Positions 1 through 10,745 of a stretch of 64,000 nucleotides of DNA are shown piece after piece (position 1 is the stretch's first letter; each line of letters starts with the position of its first letter). The notes below the pieces were generated by a model. The model did no database searches. It saw only the letters and a program-made list of their open reading frames with translations, and was not told the DNA's origin. Source of the stretch: Selaginella moellendorffii (lineage: Eukaryota > Plantae > Lycopodiophyta). Location: contig NW_003314411.1 of NCBI RefSeq assembly GCF_000143415.4, positions 186,452-250,451 of the forward strand, written 5' to 3'. Made by a program: the position numbers and the translations under genes.

Positions 1-1560
1 GTTCTTGATGATGCTATTTAGTTTAAATAATGGTTTTGTTAATCATCCACCCATACTATAGTCCTATAATGAATACTTCCATTTCTACAATGAATTTATT
101 AATCCTTTTATTATGTAGATTAGGTACTTTATATGAGGCAACTAATCATTCATTTGTACCATAGTTCCACAGTGGATACCTTTGTCTGTGGATGCCTTAT
201 AAAATAAAAAATATACTTATAGATGCCTAATTTGTACAATTTTAATTTTAAAGGTAGGAATATACTTTATTCAAGGGTATTGCAGTCCCACAATAAATAC
301 CTTCATCTGTGAATGCCCTACAAGACAAAGGATGTACTTATGGATGCCCAATATGCATAATTTCAATTGTAGGGGTAGGAATATACTTTGTTCAAGGGTA
401 TATTATATTTTAAGTAGCCACTAATTAATGGGAATTGAACTTGTGTTATTTACTCTAATACTACATGTAGCACACTTTATCTCTCTCCTATTAAACTAAT
501 TGGAAAAGAAGCGATTACTTGATAAGAAAGTTTTCAGTATTTTATCCAAGGTTCCAAGGATTCATAGTGATAATATATCCAAATTTCATCATATGATCAC
601 ATATATATTCTTAATATCACCTTAAGAGAAACTTTTTTACTTCATGGGGATTCATATTGATAATTATTAATAATTATCATACTTTTGATCTTTATTCTAT
701 ATTTTTTCTATACTTACTATAACTCTTCTATTCTAAGCAAGCATATAAAACATCAATGTGTGACAAAAAAGTTACATGTCTTTATATTGACTAAAGATTG
801 TAAGATAATATTATCCAATATATGTATAGTTGTGTTTGGATCCAAGTTTATAATACTCCCCTTTATACTATGAAAGGATAATTGAAGTTAATTTTAGCTT
901 TCTACCCATAATTATTTGACTTATTTATAAAAGTTAATGTGTTTGCAATTACTATTAGATATATCCTCTTAAATTCAATGATGTTTCAATATTCTTGTTT
1001 GAAGAGGATTTTGTTAGGCATTGATCTTGTGGCTGAGGTGTTTCACATTTTGACATCTCAATTGAGGATATATTACACTTTTATTATCATCCATAAATTG
1101 ATGGTTTGATAGAATAACTTGTTCAAGGGGATGATCATGAAGTATATCAACTTTTAACATTCAAATTAAGATAGTTATTTACCATATCTTATATATGCAT
1201 ATATCAGAAGGGTGTAGAATTCTATGGTGCTTTACCATATAAACTCTTATATAGTAATAACTTTATATTGCCATCTAAGTTGAGTTTATTTTCAAAATTG
1301 CTACAAGTTGTTAATATTAGGTTTTGGAATCAATATGTAATGAGCATTCTTTCATTAGTTTGAGTGGAGTCTACTAAACATTTAGGCCATATACAAATGG
1401 GATAACAACATTGTTGGGATAATAACATTGCAACCCTTATCATCATCCAATTATGGAGTACAAAATGGATGATTTGATATTGGTTTATTTTCCTAATCCT
1501 ACAGTATATAATTTGGTCCTTGCCTAGTTGAAGGGATTATATCAAATGTTGTGGCATATT
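1..1560 (+). mobile_element. Highly degenerate Ty3/Gypsy pol remnant (RT and integrase pieces), same family ('E') as 50588-57244
   Basis: 1-30 GTTCTTGATGATGCTATTTAGTTTAAATAATG resembles 54972 GTTCTTGATGATGCCATTTGGTTTGAACAATG; about 1000-1560 aligns by eye with the integrase/3' regions at 52130-52700 and 56200-56800; no open frame. Confidence 0.55.
162..400. repeat. Degenerate tandem duplication, ~120-bp unit x2
   Basis: AGTTCCACAGTGGATACCTTTGTCTGTGGATGCC...GGTAGGAATATACTTTATTCAAGGGTAT recurs as AGTCCCACAATAAATACCTTCATCTGTGAATGCC...GGTAGGAATATACTTTGTTCAAGGGTAT. Confidence 0.7.
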
Positions 1561-2815
1561 AGATTGTAAATTTATGATATATACTTTTAGAGGCAATAAC
1601 CTCTGGAGGAGGTGGTGGAATACGAGTGAAATCAAAATAAGTAAGAAACATAAAATATCAAAAGTAAGCCGATGAATAGAGGAAAATTGAGTCAATAAAT
1701 AACCTCAAAGGCGTGAGAAAGCACAAAGAAACACTTAGATGTTGTTAATCTAACTTATTACAAGGGTGTATTGTCTTCTAATGACGACAAAGAAGACAAA
1801 CCTTTGATCCAATTAAAAAAGAAGGATTACATTGATGAGAATAATTAGCAATATAGCAATAAAAATCTTAAGAATAAAAAAGGATGATGAACTTCCTCAT
1901 AAAGAGAATCCTGTAATAAAAATTATAAAACTATATGTTATAAGAAATGAATATAACCAATGAGGATGAAAGCCATAATTAAAAACTTAAGAACTTAAGA
2001 AGAATAAAGACTGATGTATTGAAGAATGTTGAGAATTTATAAGCAAACTCAGTAAATGAAAAAAGATCAACTTAATCATCTTATTGATAGAAAATAAAGC
2101 ATCAAAGATATTACTCAACAGTTTAAATAGTATGTTTTGATTATGCATTAGTTTAAAGAGAAGTTGACGATTTACTTTTGATGCAAAGAGAAAAAAAGAA
2201 ACTAGTGCCAAATAGTAGAAAGAAACTACAGCCATTGATTATTAATAATATCATCCAAAATTCTTGAATATGGAAAGTCTTCTTGTAAACAAGCTTAATT
2301 AGCTACTCTTTATCAATTATTTTTTGATAAAGCAAAAAATGTGTCATTTTGAAAAAATAGTTAACCATAATAAAGTTTCTATCAAATCCTTGAAAAGGTG
2401 GAAGATTAGTAAAGAAACCATAGTGATAAAAAAAGTTTGATATTGGTCAAATACAAAATCTCTAAGTGAGGGTGTGAAATAATTGTGTTGAGTAAGAGCA
2501 TTATATTTCCCATTTGCTTTCTTTGAGTGATATCATATATTTACTATATTTTTATATTTATTAAGGAGTAACTATTAGTCACAGTAAAAATCAAACCCTA
2601 AACCTCTACTAATAGGACTTAAACTTAAGATTTACTATGCACTATAGGATTAATAAGATTAAGTTTCTGGAAGTTTTTGGTAAAACTTTACTTATAAGTT
2701 TATTAAGTAGGGTTATAACTTTATCAAAGTCACAATTCCCAATTGATATTCAGTTCTATTGATCTTTGAAATATTAAGCTTCTAAATTTAGGTTTCAATT
2801 GGAAAAGGGGGTGCA

Positions 2816-3936
2816 TGTAAGCCACAAATTTTTCCATTCCAATTTGCCAACTTACCTCGTCTACCTGTCCAACACTGCCTTGGCGTTTGCTAAGTTCCCT
2901 CACTAAGGTTCCCGCCTATGGTACCAGCTCCTACTTGGTCCTACTTGGTTTCAGCTACTCACTACACGAGCAACGGAGCGTTAGCCATCCATCCAATTTC
3001 CCAATCCCCCTCCCCGGGTTAGACTGGACTTAAAGTTCGGCTACACTCCCCGCAAGCACAAGCAGCCAAGCACACCAAGCCTCCAGGTTCTTAACACCTC
3101 TTGGTACCACAAGACTTGATCATGGGACCCTCTAAATCCTAAGTCTTGGGTGCAACACTTGCTTCGGGACGCCGGGGCGAAACACCGTGGCCTAACAACC
3201 CGGTATGGGTACCTCTACCCCCCCACTTCCATCCCAAAGGAAGGCCCAAGCCCCTAGGGAGGGCGAGGACCAATAAGCCGCATGGTACTCAAGTGGGGCA
3301 CCACTCCACATGAGCTAGGAGCACCGCAATCAGTTTCCCTTTCGGGAGTGGGAGCTGCTCTTGAGCACTTCTTTGGATGGCCCCTCCGGCACCAACCAAG
3401 TCCATGCTCACTCCCACCCAAGGCCCCTCGGTCCTAGTCTCAACCTCAAGTCGGTTTGGAAGCCCCACTAAAGAGTCCCTTCAAAACTGGTTCCTGGACC
3501 TCACTATCCCTACTATACTTTTGGAACCCCCTGCAGCCCCCCCCCCCCGGGAGACGCACGCTTTAGGCTTTCACCCCTTGACCCGTATTAGTATTTGGAC
3601 TTAGTCTCTGGCTCGACCTCATACTCGATTTCGGATCCGACTTCGGATTCGGTCTTGGACTCGATCTTGGACTCGATCTCGGACCCGATCTCGGACCCGA
3701 CCTCGGACTTGACCTTGAACTCGGTCTCGGACCCGATTTCAGATCTCGGACTTCGTCTCGAACTCGGTCCCCGAGTCGGCCTCGGACTCGATTCCGGACT
3801 TTATCTCGAACTCGGTCTCCGAGTTGGTCTTGGACTCGATCTTCGACTTAGTCCCATCCGATGAACTCTTTGTCATTTTGGTCATGCTTTCGGGGTTCCT
3901 TTAGCCTACGACACCTCGGCGAGTTCGTTCCTTACA
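2816..3936 (-). repeat. Element A 3' LTR (1121 bp)
   Basis: Direct repeat of 9096-9656 joined to 17004-17629; TG...CA termini. Confidence 0.95.
3608..3850. repeat. Degenerate 12-bp tandem repeat array (GGACTCGATCTC-like) in the U3 of the element A LTR; longer counterpart at 17268-17545
   Basis: Repeating GGACTCGATCTC / GGACCCGATCTC / GGACTCGGTCTC units; copy number differs between the two LTRs. Confidence 0.85.
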
Positions 3937-3950
3937 ACTCCACCACCCAT
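3937..3950 (-). promoter_or_regulatory. Polypurine tract of element A
   Basis: Minus strand ATGGGTGGTGGAGT immediately precedes the 3' LTR. Confidence 0.7.
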
Positions 3951-4723
3951 AAAAGAAGTTCGATGCCCAAATCAAATGTCTCTCTTTTTAATCCTACAAC
4001 TTGTTGACCATGTCTCCGGGGGCATCCCCCCACTTAGCGGTGTGCTTAAGTTAGCCTCCCTGGCCAAGAGCCCATGACAACGGAATATAGGTGTCCCTAT
4101 ACTCCTCACCTCACCACGCCCTAGTATGGGGTCGGGACTTGAACCCAGCTTTGCTTTACTAGGGGGTTGGGACTCGAACCCAACCTTCGTAGAATACGTC
4201 TACGGATTTGACATCCCCGCAGGGAGTCGGGCGTAGCTCCCTACGCCTGGTCGACCTAGCTAACCCATGCTAATTAGCTTACCTTCGGCGCGCCATCGGG
4301 TCCCAACATATGCCATTGCTCAACTTCTCAAATTGATACTTTTAATTGAACTTTGCATAAGTATATAGAGTTCTGCCTTGCAGAAATTCCTCCACTAGAT
4401 CTCGCGCGTTCACTAGGTTCTCCTCCGGTTCCCATATTGCTTCGCAGTGTGGAAATCTTTTCCACTTCACATGGAACTCTCTCACCTCGCATCCTTGTCG
4501 CTTGCTTTTGCGCGCATTGAGGATGGCTTCGACTTCGTATTCCTCTTCCCCTTGGATAACTTCAGGTAAAGGTTTTACTTAGTCTTTGCGAAGCGGATCC
4601 TCAAAATACGGCTTGAGTAAGTTCACGTGGAACACGGGATGCATCTTCCCCATCTCTCGAGGAAGTCGGAGTCGGTAAGCCACTTTACCGATTCGAGCCT
4701 CAATCTCATAAGGCCCTGCGCAC

Positions 4724-4775
4724 CTGCTTAAGGAACTCAAGATCAATTCATTTACAGGAATACATGTATTTTTAC
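4724..4775 (-). other. Predicted 52-nt spliceosomal intron in the element A integrase (GPY/F region)
   Basis: Minus strand AG|GTAAAAATAC...TTCCTTAAGCAG|GT; removal restores the frame and the motif KLTQRCAGPYEI (element B: KLLPRYVGPYRV). Confidence 0.8.
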
Positions 4776-5193
4776 CTTTGGGTCAACTTCTGGCTGATCC
4801 CACTTGGTAGCCTGAGGTTCTTGGTGTTCAGCCACACCTTCTCCCCAGCTTGGAACTCTACATCCCGGCGCTTCTGGTTCGTGTACTTAGTTTGCTTTTG
4901 TTGAGCTCGTTCCAAGGAATCCCTCACTAGATTCCAAATGTTGAGTCTTTCTGCCGTGAATGCCTCCACTGCAGGTAACTCTCCATGATACTCGGCCACG
5001 CCGAGTTCCATAGGACCTTCAATAGCTCGCCCATTGATGACTTCCCATGGACTCACCCCGATGCTCGAATGTGGTGAGTTGTTATAACACATTTCCACAA
5101 GTCCTAAATGACTTACCCAATCGGTCTGGTCTCCCGAGACATAGCATCGCAAATAATCCTCCAGCTGCCTATTCACCCTTTCCGTTTGTCCGT

Positions 5194-5240
5194 CTGTCAA
5201 GAAGTGTTAGTGCCACCAAACTTGACTTAATACCCCATAC
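5194..5240 (-). other. Predicted 47-nt spliceosomal intron in the element A integrase catalytic core
   Basis: Minus strand G|GTATGGGG...CACTAACACTTCTTGACAG|AC, with GT donor, CTAAC branch point and YAG acceptor; removal restores YHPQIDGQTERVN. Confidence 0.85.
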
Positions 5241-8200
5241 CTATCTGTGGGTGATAGGTTGTGCTGAATTTCAACTTAGTGCAATACTGTTCCAGGAGAG
5301 TCCTCCAGAACCTACTAGTGAAGATCTTATCTCGATCTGAGATGATCTCTTCCGGCCTTCCCCGCACTCGAACTAGTTGTTCAAAGAACAACTTCGCCAC
5401 ACCTTCCGCATCCACTTCCATTATGGTGGGTATAAAATGTGCCATTTTCGAAAATCGGTCCACCACCACGAATATCGCATCAAACCCCTCGCTTGGGGGG
5501 AGTCCCGTGATGAAGTCCATCGTAAGACATTTCCACGGACGATCTGGAATTGGGATGCTTTGCAACAAGCCCCCACTAGCCTTAGTCACGACTTTGACCT
5601 GTTGACATGTTAGACATGTCTTTACATAGTCTTTGACGTCCTTAGCCATATCTGGCCAATGGTACTTCCTCTTGAGTAAGCCCATCGTCTTGGGCACTTT
5701 GCCGTGTCCCGCAAGAGGTCCATCATGACACTCTTCTAAGGCTACCCTCCTTAGTTCCCCTTCTGGAACATACACCCCCGTTTGCTTATAATATATAAGT
5801 CCATTGTGTTTCGCATAGCCTGTTTTCTCTTCCGTTGGCAACTCACCTCTCTAGTGAGCTTCCTGTGCCTCTAGATTCCTCAGCAACACTTCTTGTGCTA
5901 GACCATCGTTCTCGTATGCGGTCCGCACATCATCCCAAAAGGTTGCTGTTGCGTTGGATATCGCCAACTTCAAGCTCGCTTTTCAACTTAGCGCATCTGC
6001 CACAATGTTGCTCTTCCCAGGCTTGTACAGAATCTCGCAATCAAACTCGGCCAAAGCATTGGCCCACCAACCTTGTTTTCCCCTCAGGTCGGGCTGTGAC
6101 AAGAAGTGTTTCGTTGCCACATTGTCCGTGTAAACCTTGAAGTGTCTCCCAAGGTAGTGTCGCCACTCCTTGAGTGCCTTGACCATCGCAAACAATTCCT
6201 TCTCATGAGCAGGCCACTTCCGTTGAGCCTTGTCCAACTTCTTCGAGAAGAACACTACTGGATGGTTGTCTTGCTTCAAAACTGCGCCCAACGCAAAGTC
6301 TAAAACATCCATTTCTACCTCAAAGTCTTTACCAAAGTCTGGTAAAGCCAACACGGGAGCCTTCCTCAACTTCCCCTTGAGGTGGGCGAATGCCGCCTCA
6401 TATTCTGCTGTTTATACCATCTTCCCTTTTCCTGTTTGGTCCGTTAAGGGCAGGGCTATTCTCGAATAGTGTCTGATAAACTTTCGATAGTAGTTGCATA
6501 GCCCCAAGACTGCCCTTAACTCGTGTACATTTGATGGTCGCTCCCAATCCTGGATCGCTTGGACCTTCTCAGGGTCCACCTTAAGCCCGTCCTTGCCCAC
6601 CACATGCCTGAGAAACTTTACCTCTTGCTGAGCAAAGTCACATTTGCTCTCTTTAGCATACAGCTGGTGTTCCCTTAGTTTCTCAAACACCTTCGTCAAG
6701 TGTTTGGCATGCTCCTCTAGCATTTCGCTATAGATCAGGATGTCGTCAATATAGACGACCACAAAGTGATCCAAATAGGGTACAAAGATATGGTTCATCA
6801 ACGCCGAAAACGTTGCCGGCGCATTGCATAGCCCGAAGGGCATCACTAGAAACTCGAAGCTCCCATACCTCGTTTGACAGGTGGTCTTCTCGACATCATC
6901 CTCTGCTACCCTGATCTGGTAGTATCCTAACCTTAGGTCAATCCTTAAGAAGTATTTTGCCTTTCCCAACGTATCAAACAGGTCCTCAATCCTTGGCAAA
7001 GGGTACTTGTTCTTCTTTGTATACTTGTTGAGCAACCGGTAGTCTATGCACATGCGCATAGATCTATCTTTCTTTTTCACAAATAGCACCAGCGCCCCAT
7101 ATGGCAACTTGCTCAACCTAACATACCCTTTGTCCACCAACTCCTCTAGTTGGCGCTTGAGCTCTGCGAGTTCTTTTTCGTTCAAACGATAGGGGATAGG
7201 GGGGGGGGGGCGGGGGGGCGAACCACTGCTTCAGCACCCTCGACCAGCTCAATCTTATGTTCTATCGGTCGTGCGGGGGGCACTTCCGTTCCAGTCTTTT
7301 TGTCACTTCTCACCGAGAGTAAGCACAAAAATGCAGCCTTGGTCCCTTTAGTGAGTTGTCCTCTTGTGGACACCAGGTTCAGGCACGAATCTTTGGCCTT
7401 GCATTGCCCTACCTTTAGATCCTGGGCCTCCACCCTAGATCTTCTCCCTTAGGCATTCGCCAGTACCACAAGGTTCCTACCTTGTCCATGTAGGGCTACC
7501 ACGAATCGATTGAACCAGTCCATCCCGAAGATCACATCAAATCCCGCCATATCCAACACGGTGAAGTCCATGTCTACTTTCCAAGTCCCTACTTTGACTC
7601 TCGCTTGTCGAAGTACCTCATCGGTGCTTTGACTACCTTGAACAAACTCTATAGTCCTTGGTTCACCTAGCCGCTGCACCGTTAATCCAGCCTGCCGGAC
7701 TATGTCTGTAGCCACAAAATTATCCGAATCACCCGTGTTAATAAGGATCTTAACAAAGCTACCTCCGAGCTTCCCTCGGAGGGTTAGTAGATGTCGCAAA
7801 CAACTCTCTACCAAAGTTGCTCGTGTAATGAGTAACTTTGAGTTAGGGGCTGGATCACATACCTCTGTTTGGACTTCACCCGACTTGATGGCCATATTGG
7901 CTCTGGCCTTCTTCGGGTAGGGACATTCCCTCGAAAAGTGTCCCGCTTCACCGCAGTTGTAGCATATGTTATTTCCCACACTGCTATATGACTTGACCTT
8001 CTTATCCGTGGGTTTATCTCTTTTCGCTTGACTCCCCCATGTACTTGCTCGCTGGCCACCGGATTTGCCTTTCCGGAACCCCGAGAACTCATTCTTAGAG
8101 AAACTCTTCTTGAATTTCCCCCTGCTATACGTTCCCCTTGGTTTGGCCCCTTTGCTAAACGTGGATCCCGACCCCGTCGTGTTCCCCTTTCGCAGGTTAT

Positions 8201-9080
8201 CGTTGAAATGCACCTTGATGGCCGCATCCAACGCTTCCTTGTAGTTGGTCGGGTTCCAACGCATCACCTCACCGCGAGCCCAGGTTTGCAAACCCGATAT
8301 GAAGGCATGTCTGTGACAAGTATCCTCTTTGCCATGAACCCATTCACATATTCTTGGATGGTTCCAGTCTGCTTCAGCCTACTCAGCTCATCTCTCAGAT
8401 GCAGAGTGGCATTCGGAGGAATGTATGTTGCGCGGATCCTCGCCTTCATCATGTCCCAAGTGGCCACTGGTCCTTCGTTGGCCTCCGTCGTTCTCCACCA
8501 AGACTTGGCATTATCTGCCAAGTATGGTTTTGCACATGGGACCTTCTCCGAGCTCGGTAACCGCAACGCTCGGAAGTAGTCCTCCATATCGTAAAACCAA
8601 TCCTCCACCACCTTATAGTCGTTCACTTTCTTGAAGACTGGTGGAGGCTTTGGTTTGTACTTGGGAACTGCCTGAGGGACTTATTCCACTTCGGTTTGTT
8701 CGACCTTGTCTGGTTTTGCCTCAGTCCCTGCCGAAGGGTCCGCACCTTCTACACTGCCAGCATCCGCAGTCTTTCGCTTTTTCTTCCACTTCTCGTCACG
8801 CTTTAGTTTGCGTATGAGAGTCTCTAGCAAGGCATTGGTCTGCGCCAATTGTCCTTCTAAAACATCCAATCGAGCCTTGGACGACCGAACCTCGCCACCG
8901 GACTCCTGTTTGGAAGTTTCCTCACTAGAGTCCTCCTCATGCAAGGATTCCTCATCCATAGCCTCTTGTTCGACCGGAGGCTCTAGCTCTGGCGGAGGTT
9001 CCATTTCCACCTGGGTTTACACCCTACCTTTGCCATCTCCCAGCAATCCGCCTCTATCCTTCGCTAGAACTGAGGAAAAG

Positions 9081-9092
9081 GCTCCGATACCA
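9081..9092 (-). promoter_or_regulatory. tRNA-iMet primer binding site of element A
   Basis: Minus strand TGGTATCGGAGC, 3 nt from the LTR end. Confidence 0.9.
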
Positions 9093-9095
9093 AAT

Positions 9096-9656
9096 TGTAA
9101 GCCACAATTTTTTCCATTCCAATTTGCCAACTTACCTTGTCTACCCGTCCAACACTGCCTTGGCGTTTGCTAAGTTCCCTCGCCAAGGTTCCCGCCTATG
9201 GTACAACCTCCTACTTGGTCCTACTTGGTTTCAGCTACTCACTACACGAGCAACGGAGCGTTAGCCATCCATCCACGGATTCCCAAATCTCTCCCAATCC
9301 CCCTCCCCGGGTTAGACTGGACTTAAGGTTCGGCTACACTCCCCGCAAGCACAAGCAGCCAAGCACACCAAGCCTCCAGATTCCTAACACCTCTTGGTAC
9401 CACAAGACTTGATCATGGGACCCTCTAAATCCTAAGTCTTGGGTGCAACACTTGCTTCGGGACGCTGGGGCGAAACACCGTGGCCTAACGACCCGATATG
9501 GGTACCTCTACCCCCCCACTTCCATCCTAAAGGAAGGCCCAAGCCCTTAGGGAGGGCGAAGACCAATGAGCCGCATGGTACTCAAGTGGGGCACCACTCC
9601 ACATGAGCTGGGAGCACCGCAATCATTTTCCCTTTCGGGAGTGGGAGCTGCTCTTA
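9096..9656 (-). repeat. Element A 5' LTR, left part (interrupted by element B)
   Basis: Matches 2816-~3363 with scattered substitutions and one short indel. Confidence 0.93.
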
Positions 9657-10573
9657 TGTCGCGAATGTGACTTCGGGTATCGAAAGATACTTGTCGACCG
9701 GTCCTTACGGACACTCTCTCCTTACTGCCATGACGGCAGGAGGTCGGTGCTGTTGGTTCCCTTTATTGGCCCCTCTTGTCCAAGTGTTAGTTTACTAGGC
9801 TTAGCATCTGTACTTAGCCAGATGGACATAAGGTAGGAACTCCTATGTGTTTCTAGCTGAGCATTCTCGGCCTGGCTCTTAGTTCTCTTTTGCTCTGTCT
9901 TGCACTGGCTTGGCAAGAACCCTCACATATTGAGACTAGTCCCTCAATATCGCTGGATGATAGCTTACCGTGTCTGCCAAACACTCTCGCTATCACGCCC
10001 TTTGTGTTGGTCTCATTTCGGTCCCAAATGCTATTTATGGAAAGTGTCTAGATTAGCTCATTTGGCATATCTACGGAATGTAGAGATCGGCCTGAACACA
10101 ATGGTGTTCGTCCCGTGTCCAAATTCGCAATCTAAGGACATTCCATATTTAGTAAGTTTCGGACTTGTCCCAGAGACTAACTCCTGGTACTAAGGGAGGC
10201 TTGGGGTGAAAGCCCAAAGCGTGTGTCCCTCAAGGGGGGGGGGGCTGTGGGGGGTTCCAAATGTATAGTAGGGATAGTGGTTGGAATGCATGTCCGACCA
10301 CCTGAGACATTAGTTTGGCTCCCGCTGGGTTGTGTCGCTCCTTGTTCTGCGTCCGGCTTGGGTCTAAGCCCAAGCTCCACGCTGCTCTAGTCAGTGGAGT
10401 ACCTTCCTCCTTGCGTTAGGCCACCAGTATGCCAAAATTGTGCAAGACTCCGTCTGACACCATTTTGCGTGCAGGTGCTGGATACGGGGAGCTGGTGCTC
10501 GTGGAATTGCACCGGACCCTCGTTTCGTAGCGCAACGGGCTTGGAGTTCGGCTCCAAATTCAGGTGCGCTACA
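9657..10573 (+). repeat. Element B 5' LTR
   Basis: TGTCGCGAATG...GCTACA, direct repeat of 16087-17003. Confidence 0.95.
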
Positions 10574-10745
10574 TTTGGTATCAGAGGATTGTCTCAGCGA
10601 TTTCTATCCAACTTTTGTCGGATTTTCTGACTCAAGTTGCATACGCAGAGACTTTTCTAGTAGATCCGAAGTGACCTGTGTAGGATTAGTTGGATTGCAC
10701 CATTCGGTAAGAACGTTGTATGCATGTTCAGTTACTGATAGAGGC

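Larger units (their letters stand above)
4342..9010 (-). pseudogene. Element A gag-pol (gag, CCHC knuckle, protease, RT, RNase H, integrase, chromodomain) with nonsense/frameshift lesions and two introns in integrase
   Basis: CYNCGEAGHFSREC; LINTGDSDNF; YIDDILIYS; KPGKSNIVADALS; HDGPLAGH..CLTC; MDFITGLP; after splicing YHPQIDGQTERVN and KLTQRCAGPYEI; EYEVEAIL..VKWK..WEPEENL chromodomain. In-frame stops fit CGA/CAG/CAA/TGG deamination. Confidence 0.92.

Noticed and set aside
3595-3864. ORFs with SDPI/LDLG repeats (also 17209-17703, 17252-17557, 42373-42726)
   Set aside because: They are translations of the 12-bp LTR tandem arrays, not genes.
4131-4185. tRNA gene
   Set aside because: T-arm-like hairpins only; no D arm, anticodon arm or acceptor stem.
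7190-7220. Programmed frameshift between PR and RT in element A
   Set aside because: Looks like slippage/duplication in a G-run that corrupts VRPPYRLN; element B is in one frame here.
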